Numbered from the stretch's first letter, positions 10,317 through 19,468 are shown. The stretch: DNA of 64,000 bases from Sporocytophaga sp. (GCF_017745095.1 NZ_JAGHZZ010000007.1:151565-215564), one strand, 5' to 3'. Numbers and translations are program-made. Notes: generated by a model from the sequence alone, not told the origin.

Positions 10317-11281
10317 AAAAAATACTGATTTTATCTTTTCTTGTTCTTTCGTTCTTCAAAGGCATTTGCCAGGAGCTTTTCCCTTATGCTGAATCTGCAA
10401 GTAACATACCTAAGAATGTCCTTGGCATGCGTTTTTTATTTGAAGGATATAAAGAAATACCATCACAAAGACAAAGGAACTGGGGTGCGCTGAGGGCTAT
10501 GTATGGTATTACCGGAAAAACAACTTTGATGGTGACAGCAGCAGGATCGAACCACCATCTGGCCAAATTCCCTGCGAACCTTCAAAATTATTTTGCAAAT
10601 CACCATCAGCGAGTTTATAAACCAAATCCTTATCTACTGGAAGGTATTAATATTTATCTGAAACAACGAGTGATCAGCGTGGACGGCTTCCAGAAACATC
10701 TCAGAGTAGCTTTGTTCGGACAAGCATGCAAGTCCTTTGTACCACATGATGAATCAGAACCTTTTCTAATGGGTGATAATTCTGGCTATGGAGGAGGAGC
10801 AATTATCACTGGATTGTACAAGAGATTTGCGATATCCTTTACTTATGCATACGCTCATCCCTTGCTCTATAAAGACAAAGCTCAACAGATTACATTCCAG
10901 GCGGGAGACGCCAACAACTACGATATCTCATTAGGGTATCGTCTCTTCCCTTCAAAATACTCGACCTATAATGATTTGAATATAAATCTTTATGTAGAAT
11001 TTGAGAATAGAAGCTACGGTGCTGCTGAGATGACAGTTAGAGATGCACTTTATGACTTTAGTTATTTAAAAAACTTTGACCAGAATGTTTACTATAGTCT
11101 TATGGATGGTAAATACTCAGAGATAAAACCTTCCATTCAATTGATCTTTAACTCAAATAACAGGATAGATATAGGATGTGCTTACCCTTTCTACAATAGA
11201 TCTTACACTCATTTTTATCCCCTCTTTTTCTTTAATATTCAAAAGTATTTTTATTTCTCCAAAAAGAAGAAAAAAGTCTAA
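10313..11281 (+). CDS. Hypothetical exported, possibly outer-membrane protein coupled to the HMA gene
   Basis: ATGA overlap with the upstream stop; signal peptide; aromatic-rich alternating strands. Confidence 0.7.
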   Translation: MKKILILSFLVLSFFKGICQELFPYAESASNIPKNVLGMRFLFEGYKEIPSQRQRNWGALRAMYGITGKTTLMVTAAGSNHHLAKFPANLQNYFANHHQRVYKPNPYLLEGINIYLKQRVISVDGFQKHLRVALFGQACKSFVPHDESEPFLMGDNSGYGGGAIITGLYKRFAISFTYAYAHPLLYKDKAQQITFQAGDANNYDISLGYRLFPSKYSTYNDLNINLYVEFENRSYGAAEMTVRDALYDFSYLKNFDQNVYYSLMDGKYSEIKPSIQLIFNSNNRIDIGCAYPFYNRSYTHFYPLFFFNIQKYFYFSKKKKKV

Positions 11282-11817
11282 TTCTTTCTTCCTGATTTAA
11301 GAAGATCAAACACAACTCCTGATACAATTGCATAAATAATGTAATGTACTCCACTTACAGATATTGATTGGGGCCCCCATTTCTTTATAGGAGGAGCAAG
11401 ATGCAATTTGGGAAACATTACAAGTTCAGTTGTAAATACAGACGAAAAATGAATAGCATCTGCCAAAATTCCTTTTAAGCCGGCAGAACCAATAACTCCT
11501 CTTACTCCTCCCCATACTGTCCCATAGGCATAATGAATGATATTTATTAATTTCTCTTTGAGAATTAGCTTCACTGCCGGTAATAGATTTCGAACCGGAA
11601 TACCTAATACCTTTCCTAAAGCCTGAAAAAGAGTATCATTTTCTGCTCTTTTCGTAAACTTCATTTCAAGTATCTGAGAAACATTCATTGCTGCAGTTCC
11701 GATAAATCCTGCAACCAAACCTCTTCCCAAGTCGCCAGCAAAAGTCCCTACTGAATAAATTGCTTCTTCTTTAAACCTATCCCCGATGCTTTTCCTTTTA
11801 AAATTCAATAGTCCCAT
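11278..11817 (-). CDS. Hypothetical membrane protein, tandem paralog 1 (start reassigned to MGLLNFKRK)
   Basis: Aligns by eye with 12013-12522 from the KRKS motif onward. Confidence 0.75.
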   Translation of the reverse strand: MGLLNFKRKSIGDRFKEEAIYSVGTFAGDLGRGLVAGFIGTAAMNVSQILEMKFTKRAENDTLFQALGKVLGIPVRNLLPAVKLILKEKLINIIHYAYGTVWGGVRGVIGSAGLKGILADAIHFSSVFTTELVMFPKLHLAPPIKKWGPQSISVSGVHYIIYAIVSGVVFDLLKSGRKN

Positions 11818-12012
11818 ATTCAAATTCATTTGTATTAAAAACATCAGGAGATAATCCTTGGTTCGAATTCCGTGGATAACCAATAATCCCTTTCCAGACA
11901 AGGAAAGCATCACCTATTTAGGATATTATCTTCATTCATTTGACTCACACTAAGGCCATGTAAAGCGATTTGCTTTAAAGAGAGCACATAATAAACTAGG
12001 TGGTAATAGATT

Positions 12013-12522
12013 CTACTTTCTTTCTGATTTGAGAAGATCAAACACAACTCCCGATACAAGAGCATAAACAATGTGGTGTACCCCACTTATAGAAATTTCC
12101 TTAGCCCCCCATTCCTTTACCGGAGGAGCAACTTTTAAACCTGGAAGCATTACTAATTCTGTTCCGAAAACTGAAGAAAAGTGTAAGGCATTTGCAGGAA
12201 TACCTTTAAGCCCAAGAGTACCTATAATACCTCTAATACCTCCCCATGCTGTGCCATAAGTAAAATGTATACCATTTACCAGTTTACTTTTAGACTCATC
12301 ATTATTAGCATGAACATCAAGTACTTTTTCTGCTGCTTTTAAAGGGGAATCGCTTCCTTCTCTTCCGGTAACTTTCATTTCTATTAACTGCGAAAGACTT
12401 ATAGCTATAGTACCAACAAGTCCCGAAAACAGCCCCCTGCCAAGGTCGCCAGTAAAAGTTCCAACAGAATGTATAGCTTTATCTTTTAAGCTCTTTTTTC
12501 TTTTTCTGAATAAACGTATCAT
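12013..12522 (-). CDS. Hypothetical membrane protein, tandem paralog 2
   Basis: Shares SVGTF.GDLGRGL, YGT.WGG.RG, LHFSSVF.TELVM and ISGVH.I.YA.VSGVVFDLLKS with paralog 1. Confidence 0.8.
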   Translation of the reverse strand: MIRLFRKRKKSLKDKAIHSVGTFTGDLGRGLFSGLVGTIAISLSQLIEMKVTGREGSDSPLKAAEKVLDVHANNDESKSKLVNGIHFTYGTAWGGIRGIIGTLGLKGIPANALHFSSVFGTELVMLPGLKVAPPVKEWGAKEISISGVHHIVYALVSGVVFDLLKSERK

Positions 12523-12564
12523 CAGTCCTCCCTCTATTACAGAAAGAAAACAAGTGAAAAAGTA

Positions 12565-13044
12565 TCAGGGTTCGAATTCAGAAGGACTATTAACTTCTTT
12601 CCAGACAAGAAAAGGTTTTTCAGCATCTGCGACTTTCAATTGTTGTAAGGGATACTGCCTTTGCTCATTTGATTTACCGACTTCAGTGTATATGTGGCTT
12701 ACACCGAACCCATGTAATGCTGCCTGTTCCAATGAAGATCCATAATAAACAGTTCTTATTCCTGAAATATAAATGGCAGCGAGACACATGGGACAAGGGT
12801 GACCGCTTGCATAAATTACGCAACCTTCCAGAAATTCTGAATTTAATCGGAAAGCAGCTTTCCTTATTGCTTGAATTTCGGCATGTGCTGTAGGATCATG
12901 AATGTGAAGTACATCATTTACCCCCTTAGCTAATACTTCTCCGTTCTTCACTATCAAAGCTGCGAAAGGTTTTCCATCATTTAAGCGAACATTTTCAATA
13001 GCTGAATCAATTGCTTCCTTTAAAAACTCTTCATTTGTTTTCAT
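12565..13044 (-). CDS. Zn-dependent nucleoside/guanine deaminase (cytidine deaminase fold)
   Basis: HAEIQAIR and PCPMC motifs; PFAALIVK.G.V. Confidence 0.9.
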   Translation of the reverse strand: MKTNEEFLKEAIDSAIENVRLNDGKPFAALIVKNGEVLAKGVNDVLHIHDPTAHAEIQAIRKAAFRLNSEFLEGCVIYASGHPCPMCLAAIYISGIRTVYYGSSLEQAALHGFGVSHIYTEVGKSNEQRQYPLQQLKVADAEKPFLVWKEVNSPSEFEP

Positions 13045-13093
13045 ACAACTTTCAACTGCTAAAAAGTAGACATGTTCAGGGCCTCAAGTACAA

Positions 13094-13480
13094 TCAAATA
13101 AAAGACTCTACCCATGCCTTAGCCTTTTCGACATTTCTAAAAAGTTTGGTTGGCAATAGTGGCTTATTTATTCTAAGATAAAAATTCCCTAGGATTTCAC
13201 TTACATGGGATTCAACGATAATTGCCACACAAACAAGTATAGCATTGCCTTCCTTAGACAGATATTCATTGGCTTCCCTATCAACATACTTAATTTTTCT
13301 TATGTCTGCTATGGCAGGATAAATGGCCCCTTTTTGAAATATAATTCTATCTGACACTATCTTTTTAGCTTCTTTTAGCCTTAAGATAATTTCTTTATAT
13401 TCTGCCCACAAGACTCCATCTTCGATCCACATCTTTATATAATCATTTTCAAATACAGAAGGTAAATCATTTTTAATCAT
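13094..13480 (-). CDS. Small STAS/SEC14 (SpoIIAA-like) protein
   Basis: W.EDG.L.....D.R......EA..Y......AI......S....NFYL.INKP..PTKLF.....A..W pattern common in Bacteroidota. Confidence 0.6.
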   Translation of the reverse strand: MIKNDLPSVFENDYIKMWIEDGVLWAEYKEIILRLKEAKKIVSDRIIFQKGAIYPAIADIRKIKYVDREANEYLSKEGNAILVCVAIIVESHVSEILGNFYLRINKPLLPTKLFRNVEKAKAWVESFI

Positions 13481-13673
13481 AAAAGTAAAAAACGTAAAAC
13501 ATTTTTATGAAAGAAAATTTTGAATAACTATTCTTTAAAAATTAAGAGAAAGAAATATTTTTTCCCTTAACATTTTATTGCTTAATAAGGAGCACCAACA
13601 TGTTTTCACTTCAATAGTTGAGTATATACAATTTATTGTATCCAATCAATAAAAACTATTAAGATCTCCAACT

Positions 13674-16016
13674 ATGAAAAGGAAAAATCCTAACCTGAAC
13701 AGATACCAACTTCCTATTCCAAGAATAAGTCCGAAAACTGTAACTCCCTTTGATATACGTAATGCAGCCAAACCTGAGCCTATTGAAGAACTCAGACCTC
13801 CTAAGGATGCACCTAATATCCTTATCGTATTGATCGATGATATGGGCTTCGGTGCTACCAGTGCTTTCGGAGGCCCTTGCTATATGCCCAACGCAGAAAG
13901 ACTTGCCAATAACGGATTGAAATACAATAGATTTCACACCACTGCTTTATGTTCTCCGACCAGAGCTGCACTACTTTCAGGAAGGAACCACCACTCTGTT
14001 AATATGGCAGGAATCACTGAATGCGCAACACCTAACCCTGGTTACAATACAATAAGACCTGAAAGCATGGCCACTATTGCACAAACTCTGGTCATGAATG
14101 GATACAACACAGCTGCATTCGGGAAAATGCACCAAACTCCAGTCTGGGAGACAAGCATAGCTGGACCATTTGACCGTTGGCCTACAGGAGAAGGTTTCGA
14201 AAAATTCTATGGATTCATTGGAGGAGAAACAAACCAATGGGCTCCTTCTTTAATCGCAGGAACCATTCCGATTGATTCTCCCAATGATCCCGAATACCAC
14301 TTTAGTTCAGACATCACAGATAAAGCTATCAGTTATATCAGACAGCAAAAAACAATGGCACCTGATAAGCCATTCTTTGCATATCTTGCATTTGGAGCTA
14401 CTCATGCGCCACATCATGCGCCAAAAGAATATATTGAAAAATATAAGGGACAATTCGATCATGGCTGGGACAGGCAGAGAGAAATAACCCTTGATAGTCA
14501 AAAGGTATTGGGAATAGTACCTCAGAACTGTGAACTTTCGTCAAGACCAAATGACATACCAGCATGGGACAGTCTGAATGACAAAGAAAAACTTGCAGCA
14601 TCCAGATTAATGGAAGCCTATGCAGGTTTTGCAGAACATACAGATCATCAGGTAGGCAGAGTTCTGTCCACCTTGGAAGAAATCGAAGCATTGGACAATA
14701 CGCTTATTTTTTACATACTTGGAGATAACGGAGCCAGTGGTGAAGGAGGTATTTATGGCAGTGTGAATGAAATTGCCGCACTTAATAATGCTGCAGATAC
14801 TACTGAAAATATTATAAACAACCTGGATGCTATCGGGACACCCATGGCTTATAACCATTATCCTGTAGGATGGGCACATGCCATGGACACTCCATATCAG
14901 TGGACCAAGCAGATAGCTTCTCACTGGGGAGGAACAAGAACCGGCATGATCACCCACTGGCCTAATGGTATCGCTTCCAAGAATGAGGTTCGTCACCAGT
15001 GGTGCCATGTAATAGATATAGTACCAACGATACTGGAAGCTGCAAAAATTCCGCATCCACAGTTTGTTAACGGCATACAGCAAGAACCCATTGAAGGCAT
15101 CAGCTTTGTATATACATTTGATGATCCAAACGCTCCGGAGAGGCATACTACTCAATACTTTGAAATAGGTGGTAACAGAGGGATATACCATGAAGGGTGG
15201 TCAGCATGTACTATTCATTCAGTACCATGGGTATTGGCGGGTGTAAATAAACCTTTTGCCGATGACATTTGGGAATTATATGCCCCTGGCGATTGGAGTC
15301 AGGCACATAATATTGCCTTTCAAAACCCACAAAAACTAAAAGAATTGCAGGACTTATTTCTGATCGAAGCTTCAAAATACAAAGTTTTTCCGCTTGATGA
15401 CAGGAAAGCTGAACGCTTCAATTCAGATCTTGCCGGACGTCCTGATCTACTGCAAGGACGTACTACCATGACTCTATATCCTGGTATGAGTCATCTTAAT
15501 GAGAACACTGTTCTCAATATAAAGAATAAATCATTTTCAGTTACAGCTGAAGTTGAAATCAAAGATGACATGACAAACGGAGTTATAATAGCGCAAGGTG
15601 GAAGATTTGCTGGATGGTCACTTTATATGAAAAACGGTTACCCCGTTTTCTGTTATAACTGGTTCAACAGACAACATTACTACATTGGTAGCAGAGAGCA
15701 GCTTAATGCAGGAAAACACTTTATACATTTTGAATTTATATACGATGGAGGCGGTATAGGTAAAGGAGGAACAGGAATCCTATATGCAGATGATCATGAA
15801 ATTGGTCAGGGACGTATTGATAATACTGTTCCGTTTTTATTCTCTGCCGATGATTTTATGGATATAGGAAAAGATTCAGGAGCTCCGGTTACAGATGACT
15901 ATGCCTCATATCAAGCAGTTTTTACAGGAACTATTAATTGGGTAAAAATCAATATTGGCTCTGAAGTAAATGATGATCCTGCTGGTAAAGAACATGCATA
16001 TTTGGTAAGGCAATAA
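13674..16016 (+). CDS. Cys-type arylsulfatase (AtsA-like) with C-terminal LamG-like extension, no signal peptide
   Basis: PNILIVLIDD, CSPTRAALLSGR, GKMH, HAPH, DNGAS, HVIDIVPT, WELY motifs. Confidence 0.93.
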   Translation: MKRKNPNLNRYQLPIPRISPKTVTPFDIRNAAKPEPIEELRPPKDAPNILIVLIDDMGFGATSAFGGPCYMPNAERLANNGLKYNRFHTTALCSPTRAALLSGRNHHSVNMAGITECATPNPGYNTIRPESMATIAQTLVMNGYNTAAFGKMHQTPVWETSIAGPFDRWPTGEGFEKFYGFIGGETNQWAPSLIAGTIPIDSPNDPEYHFSSDITDKAISYIRQQKTMAPDKPFFAYLAFGATHAPHHAPKEYIEKYKGQFDHGWDRQREITLDSQKVLGIVPQNCELSSRPNDIPAWDSLNDKEKLAASRLMEAYAGFAEHTDHQVGRVLSTLEEIEALDNTLIFYILGDNGASGEGGIYGSVNEIAALNNAADTTENIINNLDAIGTPMAYNHYPVGWAHAMDTPYQWTKQIASHWGGTRTGMITHWPNGIASKNEVRHQWCHVIDIVPTILEAAKIPHPQFVNGIQQEPIEGISFVYTFDDPNAPERHTTQYFEIGGNRGIYHEGWSACTIHSVPWVLAGVNKPFADDIWELYAPGDWSQAHNIAFQNPQKLKELQDLFLIEASKYKVFPLDDRKAERFNSDLAGRPDLLQGRTTMTLYPGMSHLNENTVLNIKNKSFSVTAEVEIKDDMTNGVIIAQGGRFAGWSLYMKNGYPVFCYNWFNRQHYYIGSREQLNAGKHFIHFEFIYDGGGIGKGGTGILYADDHEIGQGRIDNTVPFLFSADDFMDIGKDSGAPVTDDYASYQAVFTGTINWVKINIGSEVNDDPAGKEHAYLVRQ

Positions 16017-16051
16017 AAAGCTGAAAGCCTAAAGTTAAAAGCTAAAAGTCA
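16017..16051 (+). repeat. Array of five 7-mers (aaagctg aaagcct aaagtta aaagcta aaagtca)
   Basis: Starts immediately after the sulfatase stop codon; same AAAG(C/T)NN unit as 8868-9060. Confidence 0.7.
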
Positions 16052-16108
16052 ATCCAAAATCAGTGTTTGAGATAAATGACCTTGGTACAGAATAATTACA
16101 GCTTTATA

Positions 16109-16149
16109 AAAACAAAAAGACCTCTGATATCTCGGAGGTCTTTTGTTTT
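16109..16149. terminator. Bidirectional intrinsic terminator between the sulfatase and chrA
   Basis: aaaacaaaaagacctc...gaggtcttttgtttt between convergent genes. Confidence 0.8.
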
Positions 16150-16183
16150 CCTATAAACATTAAGTGTGTTCTTTATTTCAATT

Positions 16184-17350
16184 TTATAAATTAAATACAA
16201 GTTTTAATAAAAGTCCGATTCCTGCCATGGCTACTATGATGATTGGTTCTTGTATTTTTTTGAATTTAAATAAAACAAAAGCTGTGGATAAAGCAATCAA
16301 TAATGTCGGGATATCAACGAGTGTTCTTTTACCTAATACCAAGACAGATCCAGCTATTGCTCCAATGGCCGCTGCAGTAACGCCATCCACAAAAGCCTTT
16401 ATAGCAGGATGCTTACCAAACTTTTTAAAATAAGGAGCAGGAAGAACAGTAAAAAGATAACATGGCAAAAAGGTAGCGGCTGCTGCTGCACATGCGCCCC
16501 ATATACCAGCTGCAAGGTATCCGATAAAACCTACTGTAATTACTACCGGACCTGGTGTGATCATTGCTACAGCAACGGCATCCAGAAACTGCTGCTCGGT
16601 AAGCCATTGATATTCTTTGACCGTTCCTCCATAAAGAAAAGGAACAATTGCCAGACCGCTTCCAAATACAAATGCTCCTGCTTTTGTAAAAAATATGATA
16701 ATCTGCCATATTCTGTTATTCTCAGTTTCAAACACTGAGAACGTCAGTAATAACGGCGGTGCAATCATCTTAAAACTTTTAGCCATCATAAATTTGGGAG
16801 GAGCTTTCATAAACCAGACAAGAACCCCTGCTGCGAGAATCAGCCACATATTCTCCTCTTCCAATAAGAACGTAGAAATAGCTAAGACTGCAAATATCGC
16901 CCAAAGTACCTTATCACTCCCGATACTTTTAGTGGTAAGCTTATAACTACTTAATGTTATAATTCCTATTACACAAGCACCAACTCCATAAAATATTGCC
17001 TGCATCGCAGGAATCCCACCAAATTCCGCATAAGCATATCCGAGGGCTAGAACCATCAGAAAAGATGGCAGGACAAAGGCTAACCCAACTAAAGTTGCAC
17101 CAATAAATTTATAGTGTACATAACCGAGGTATATAGACATTTGTGCTGCCAAAGGCCCTGGAGCAAGCTGAGACAAAGCCATTCCTTCCCTATAATCATC
17201 TTCGGATATCCACTTATATTTTTCTACAAGATCCCTGTGCATATAACCTACCAAGGCTACAGGACCACCAAATCCTATAGTTCCAAGCCTAAGGAAATAC
17301 ATTACCAAATCCTTAAGAGAATAGGAAACTAAATTATTTTTTTCTTCCAT
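16184..17350 (-). CDS. chrA: Chromate efflux transporter (long-chain CHR family); start reassigned to MEEKNN
   Basis: GTIGFGGP, QLAPGP, GAFVFGSG, AMITPGP duplicated CHR motifs. Confidence 0.93.
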   Translation of the reverse strand: MEEKNNLVSYSLKDLVMYFLRLGTIGFGGPVALVGYMHRDLVEKYKWISEDDYREGMALSQLAPGPLAAQMSIYLGYVHYKFIGATLVGLAFVLPSFLMVLALGYAYAEFGGIPAMQAIFYGVGACVIGIITLSSYKLTTKSIGSDKVLWAIFAVLAISTFLLEEENMWLILAAGVLVWFMKAPPKFMMAKSFKMIAPPLLLTFSVFETENNRIWQIIIFFTKAGAFVFGSGLAIVPFLYGGTVKEYQWLTEQQFLDAVAVAMITPGPVVITVGFIGYLAAGIWGACAAAAATFLPCYLFTVLPAPYFKKFGKHPAIKAFVDGVTAAAIGAIAGSVLVLGKRTLVDIPTLLIALSTAFVLFKFKKIQEPIIIVAMAGIGLLLKLVFNL

Positions 17351-17400
17351 GGTGTTAGATTTTTTTATTTTTTTTTTAAACCTAATAGTTACAATTTCAA

Positions 17401-17443
17401 TAAACATTCACCTAAGTCCTTATAGGGCTTAGGTGGATGTTTA
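17401..17443. other. 20-bp-stem hairpin in the chrB-chrA spacer
   Basis: taaacattcacctaagtcct-tat-agggcttaggtggatgttta, 18 of 20 Watson-Crick pairs. Confidence 0.7.
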
Positions 17444-17462
17444 TAAACTTAAAACTTATTAC

Positions 17463-17918
17463 TTACAACTTATTAAATTCCCAACCATGCGTTTCTTCAC
17501 TTACATGTTTACACCAGCTGTAAAGAGCATCATAAATAATCATTCCCTGTTTTAACATTTCCTGATCATTTATAAAATTATAAGACAAGCCAGCAGATAT
17601 TGCAAATAGTCCAGAGGCCTGAGGAGCCAGATCATATCGATCCGTATCGGCAGCCCTTACTATCAATGCCAGTCGAAATAATGCGTTATCCTGAATCTCA
17701 TGCTTCTTCAAAAAATAATCAAAAGTGCACTTGTCTCCTTCATGGGTATATTCAACTCCTGGGATGTCATAAGGAATTGCATCAAGCTCCCTTGCCTTCT
17801 CTATTACCTGATTGGTTGGAACGAATATGAATTCCGGTGAATCATCAATAAACCTGCTGATCAACCAGGGACAGGCAATCCTATCTATTTTGGGACGTTC
17901 TCTTGTTATCCATTTCAT
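17463..17918 (-). CDS. chrB: Chromate resistance protein ChrB (C-terminal domain only)
   Basis: MKWITRERPKIDRIACPWLI.RFID and GDKCTFD...ADT...APQA.GL.A.S.G motifs. Confidence 0.9.
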   Translation of the reverse strand: MKWITRERPKIDRIACPWLISRFIDDSPEFIFVPTNQVIEKARELDAIPYDIPGVEYTHEGDKCTFDYFLKKHEIQDNALFRLALIVRAADTDRYDLAPQASGLFAISAGLSYNFINDQEMLKQGMIIYDALYSWCKHVSEETHGWEFNKL

Positions 17919-17933
17919 AATAATACCTAGCTT

Positions 17934-18689
17934 TTATTCATCATGCTTTCTGAAATCCAATGAATGGAAAACAAATAGCCGCACTGCATTCGTTGAAGTA
18001 AACTTGTTTCCTGAAGCCTCCTGTTGAAAAACATTCATATAACCTAGATGAACATTGAGATGCTGAGTAAACTGATATCCAAATCCTATAAAGAACCTGT
18101 TCTGATCAAAATAATTATAGACTATATTCTTCCCAAAGTTTACAAACACTTCATCCATAAGTATAAAGAATGGAGTTTTAGCAACAATATCTTTGCCTTT
18201 CAGAGGAACAAATAATGATAAATTATATCTGAGTCTGAAATTGAATGTTGTCGAATTTTGCAATTTATCATTAACAACCTTCCTGTTAAATCGCTCTTCA
18301 AGTCTTATCCATTGCAATGTCTGAAACCTGACATATTTCTGTCTCCACCAAATCTGCTGCCAGGTCCTGTTTTCCGGGCGTATTGTATTTAATCCTTTCC
18401 CTGGATAATGCTCAACAAAAGCATACCCAAGATTTAATCTGAAATTGTCACTTACAAAATAAGTCAATGCCGGTCTGATCAATAACTGAAAAGGCCTTTC
18501 AACAAAATGATCTGTCTGTCTGTAATGCAGATCCAACCAGAGTCCCCAATGATTTGACAACCGGGTTTGATTAAAATACCCAAGCCATAACTGCTCCCGC
18601 ACATGCGTTTGTTTAGTTACTGTTTGCGCCTGTATATCGAAGGATACAAACAAGAAAGTAATAATAATAGAAAAAAGTACTTGCTTCAT
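17934..18689 (-). CDS. DUF2490-family outer-membrane beta-barrel protein
   Basis: Signal peptide; ENR.WQQ, RLEERF, R.RY, DEVF.NFG, FDQNR motifs. Confidence 0.85.
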   Translation of the reverse strand: MKQVLFSIIITFLFVSFDIQAQTVTKQTHVREQLWLGYFNQTRLSNHWGLWLDLHYRQTDHFVERPFQLLIRPALTYFVSDNFRLNLGYAFVEHYPGKGLNTIRPENRTWQQIWWRQKYVRFQTLQWIRLEERFNRKVVNDKLQNSTTFNFRLRYNLSLFVPLKGKDIVAKTPFFILMDEVFVNFGKNIVYNYFDQNRFFIGFGYQFTQHLNVHLGYMNVFQQEASGNKFTSTNAVRLFVFHSLDFRKHDE

Positions 18690-19354
18690 AATTCTATGAT
18701 TTGATAACCTACTTTATATACATTTTTAATTTCCACTCCCGATTTGGAATTAAGGAGTTTCTTTCTCAAGTTCTTAATATGAGCAAATAGAATATTAAAA
18801 GATTCAAGATTGTCCACATCATCACCCCAGAGGTACTCTGCTAAAAGTTCTTTAGAAACAACGCGGTGTTTGTTTGCATGAAGATGAAGTAAAATATCGT
18901 ATTCTGTCTTTGTCAGTTTTAAAGGCTGGTCCCATACAAATACAGTTCTTGCATAGAGATCAATAACAAGATTACCAATATATATCTTTGAATTGCTTTG
19001 AAATTTTTTCCTTCGTGTAACTGATTTTATTCTGGCAATAATTTCTTCATTGTGCATTGGAAGTACCAGGTAATCGTCCACCCCCAGCTCAAAGGCTGAC
19101 AGCTTGTATTCCAGAGCATCATTGGTTGATAATAATATTAATCCCTCACTCCTGTTATTTTCAGAAAGTTGTCTCAGCCATCCATAACACTCAATCTCAA
19201 TCTGGTCTATGTTAATAACAATGCAATCATATTCATATAACATAAACTTTTCAGACGCCTGCTGAATGGATGATACACTGTCGTGCAAAAAATCCTGGCT
19301 AATCTTAAGATCAGGTAAATCTGTGTCTGAAAAATTTACTAATAGGAGTTTCAT
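18686..19354 (-). CDS. OmpR/PhoB-family regulator with atypical (pseudo) receiver domain; start reassigned to MKLLLV
   Basis: C-terminal winged helix (LTKTEYDIL...VVSKE.L.E.LWG...HIKNLRKKL...VYKVGY); receiver lacks the acidic pair, phospho-Asp and Lys. Confidence 0.88.
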   Translation of the reverse strand: MKLLLVNFSDTDLPDLKISQDFLHDSVSSIQQASEKFMLYEYDCIVINIDQIEIECYGWLRQLSENNRSEGLILLSTNDALEYKLSAFELGVDDYLVLPMHNEEIIARIKSVTRRKKFQSNSKIYIGNLVIDLYARTVFVWDQPLKLTKTEYDILLHLHANKHRVVSKELLAEYLWGDDVDNLESFNILFAHIKNLRKKLLNSKSGVEIKNVYKVGYQIIEL

Positions 19355-19421
19355 TTCCACAAACATACGATTTGATTGTGAAGATTTGCTGAATAGAAAT
19401 ACTGTTGAAATGTCTTCAAAG

Positions 19422-19468
19422 AAAAAAACTATGATCTTGCGGTGCTTTTTTCGGGAATCATACCACCA
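19422..19468 (-). ncRNA. Candidate cis-regulatory pseudoknot RNA (chrB-motif-like riboswitch candidate)
   Basis: Minus strand UGGUG-G-UAUGAUU-CCCGAAAAAAG-CACCG-CAAG-AUCAUA-G-U7: GGUG pairs with CACC, UAUGAU with AUCAUA (H-type pseudoknot); 5' of the chr operon. Confidence 0.5.
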
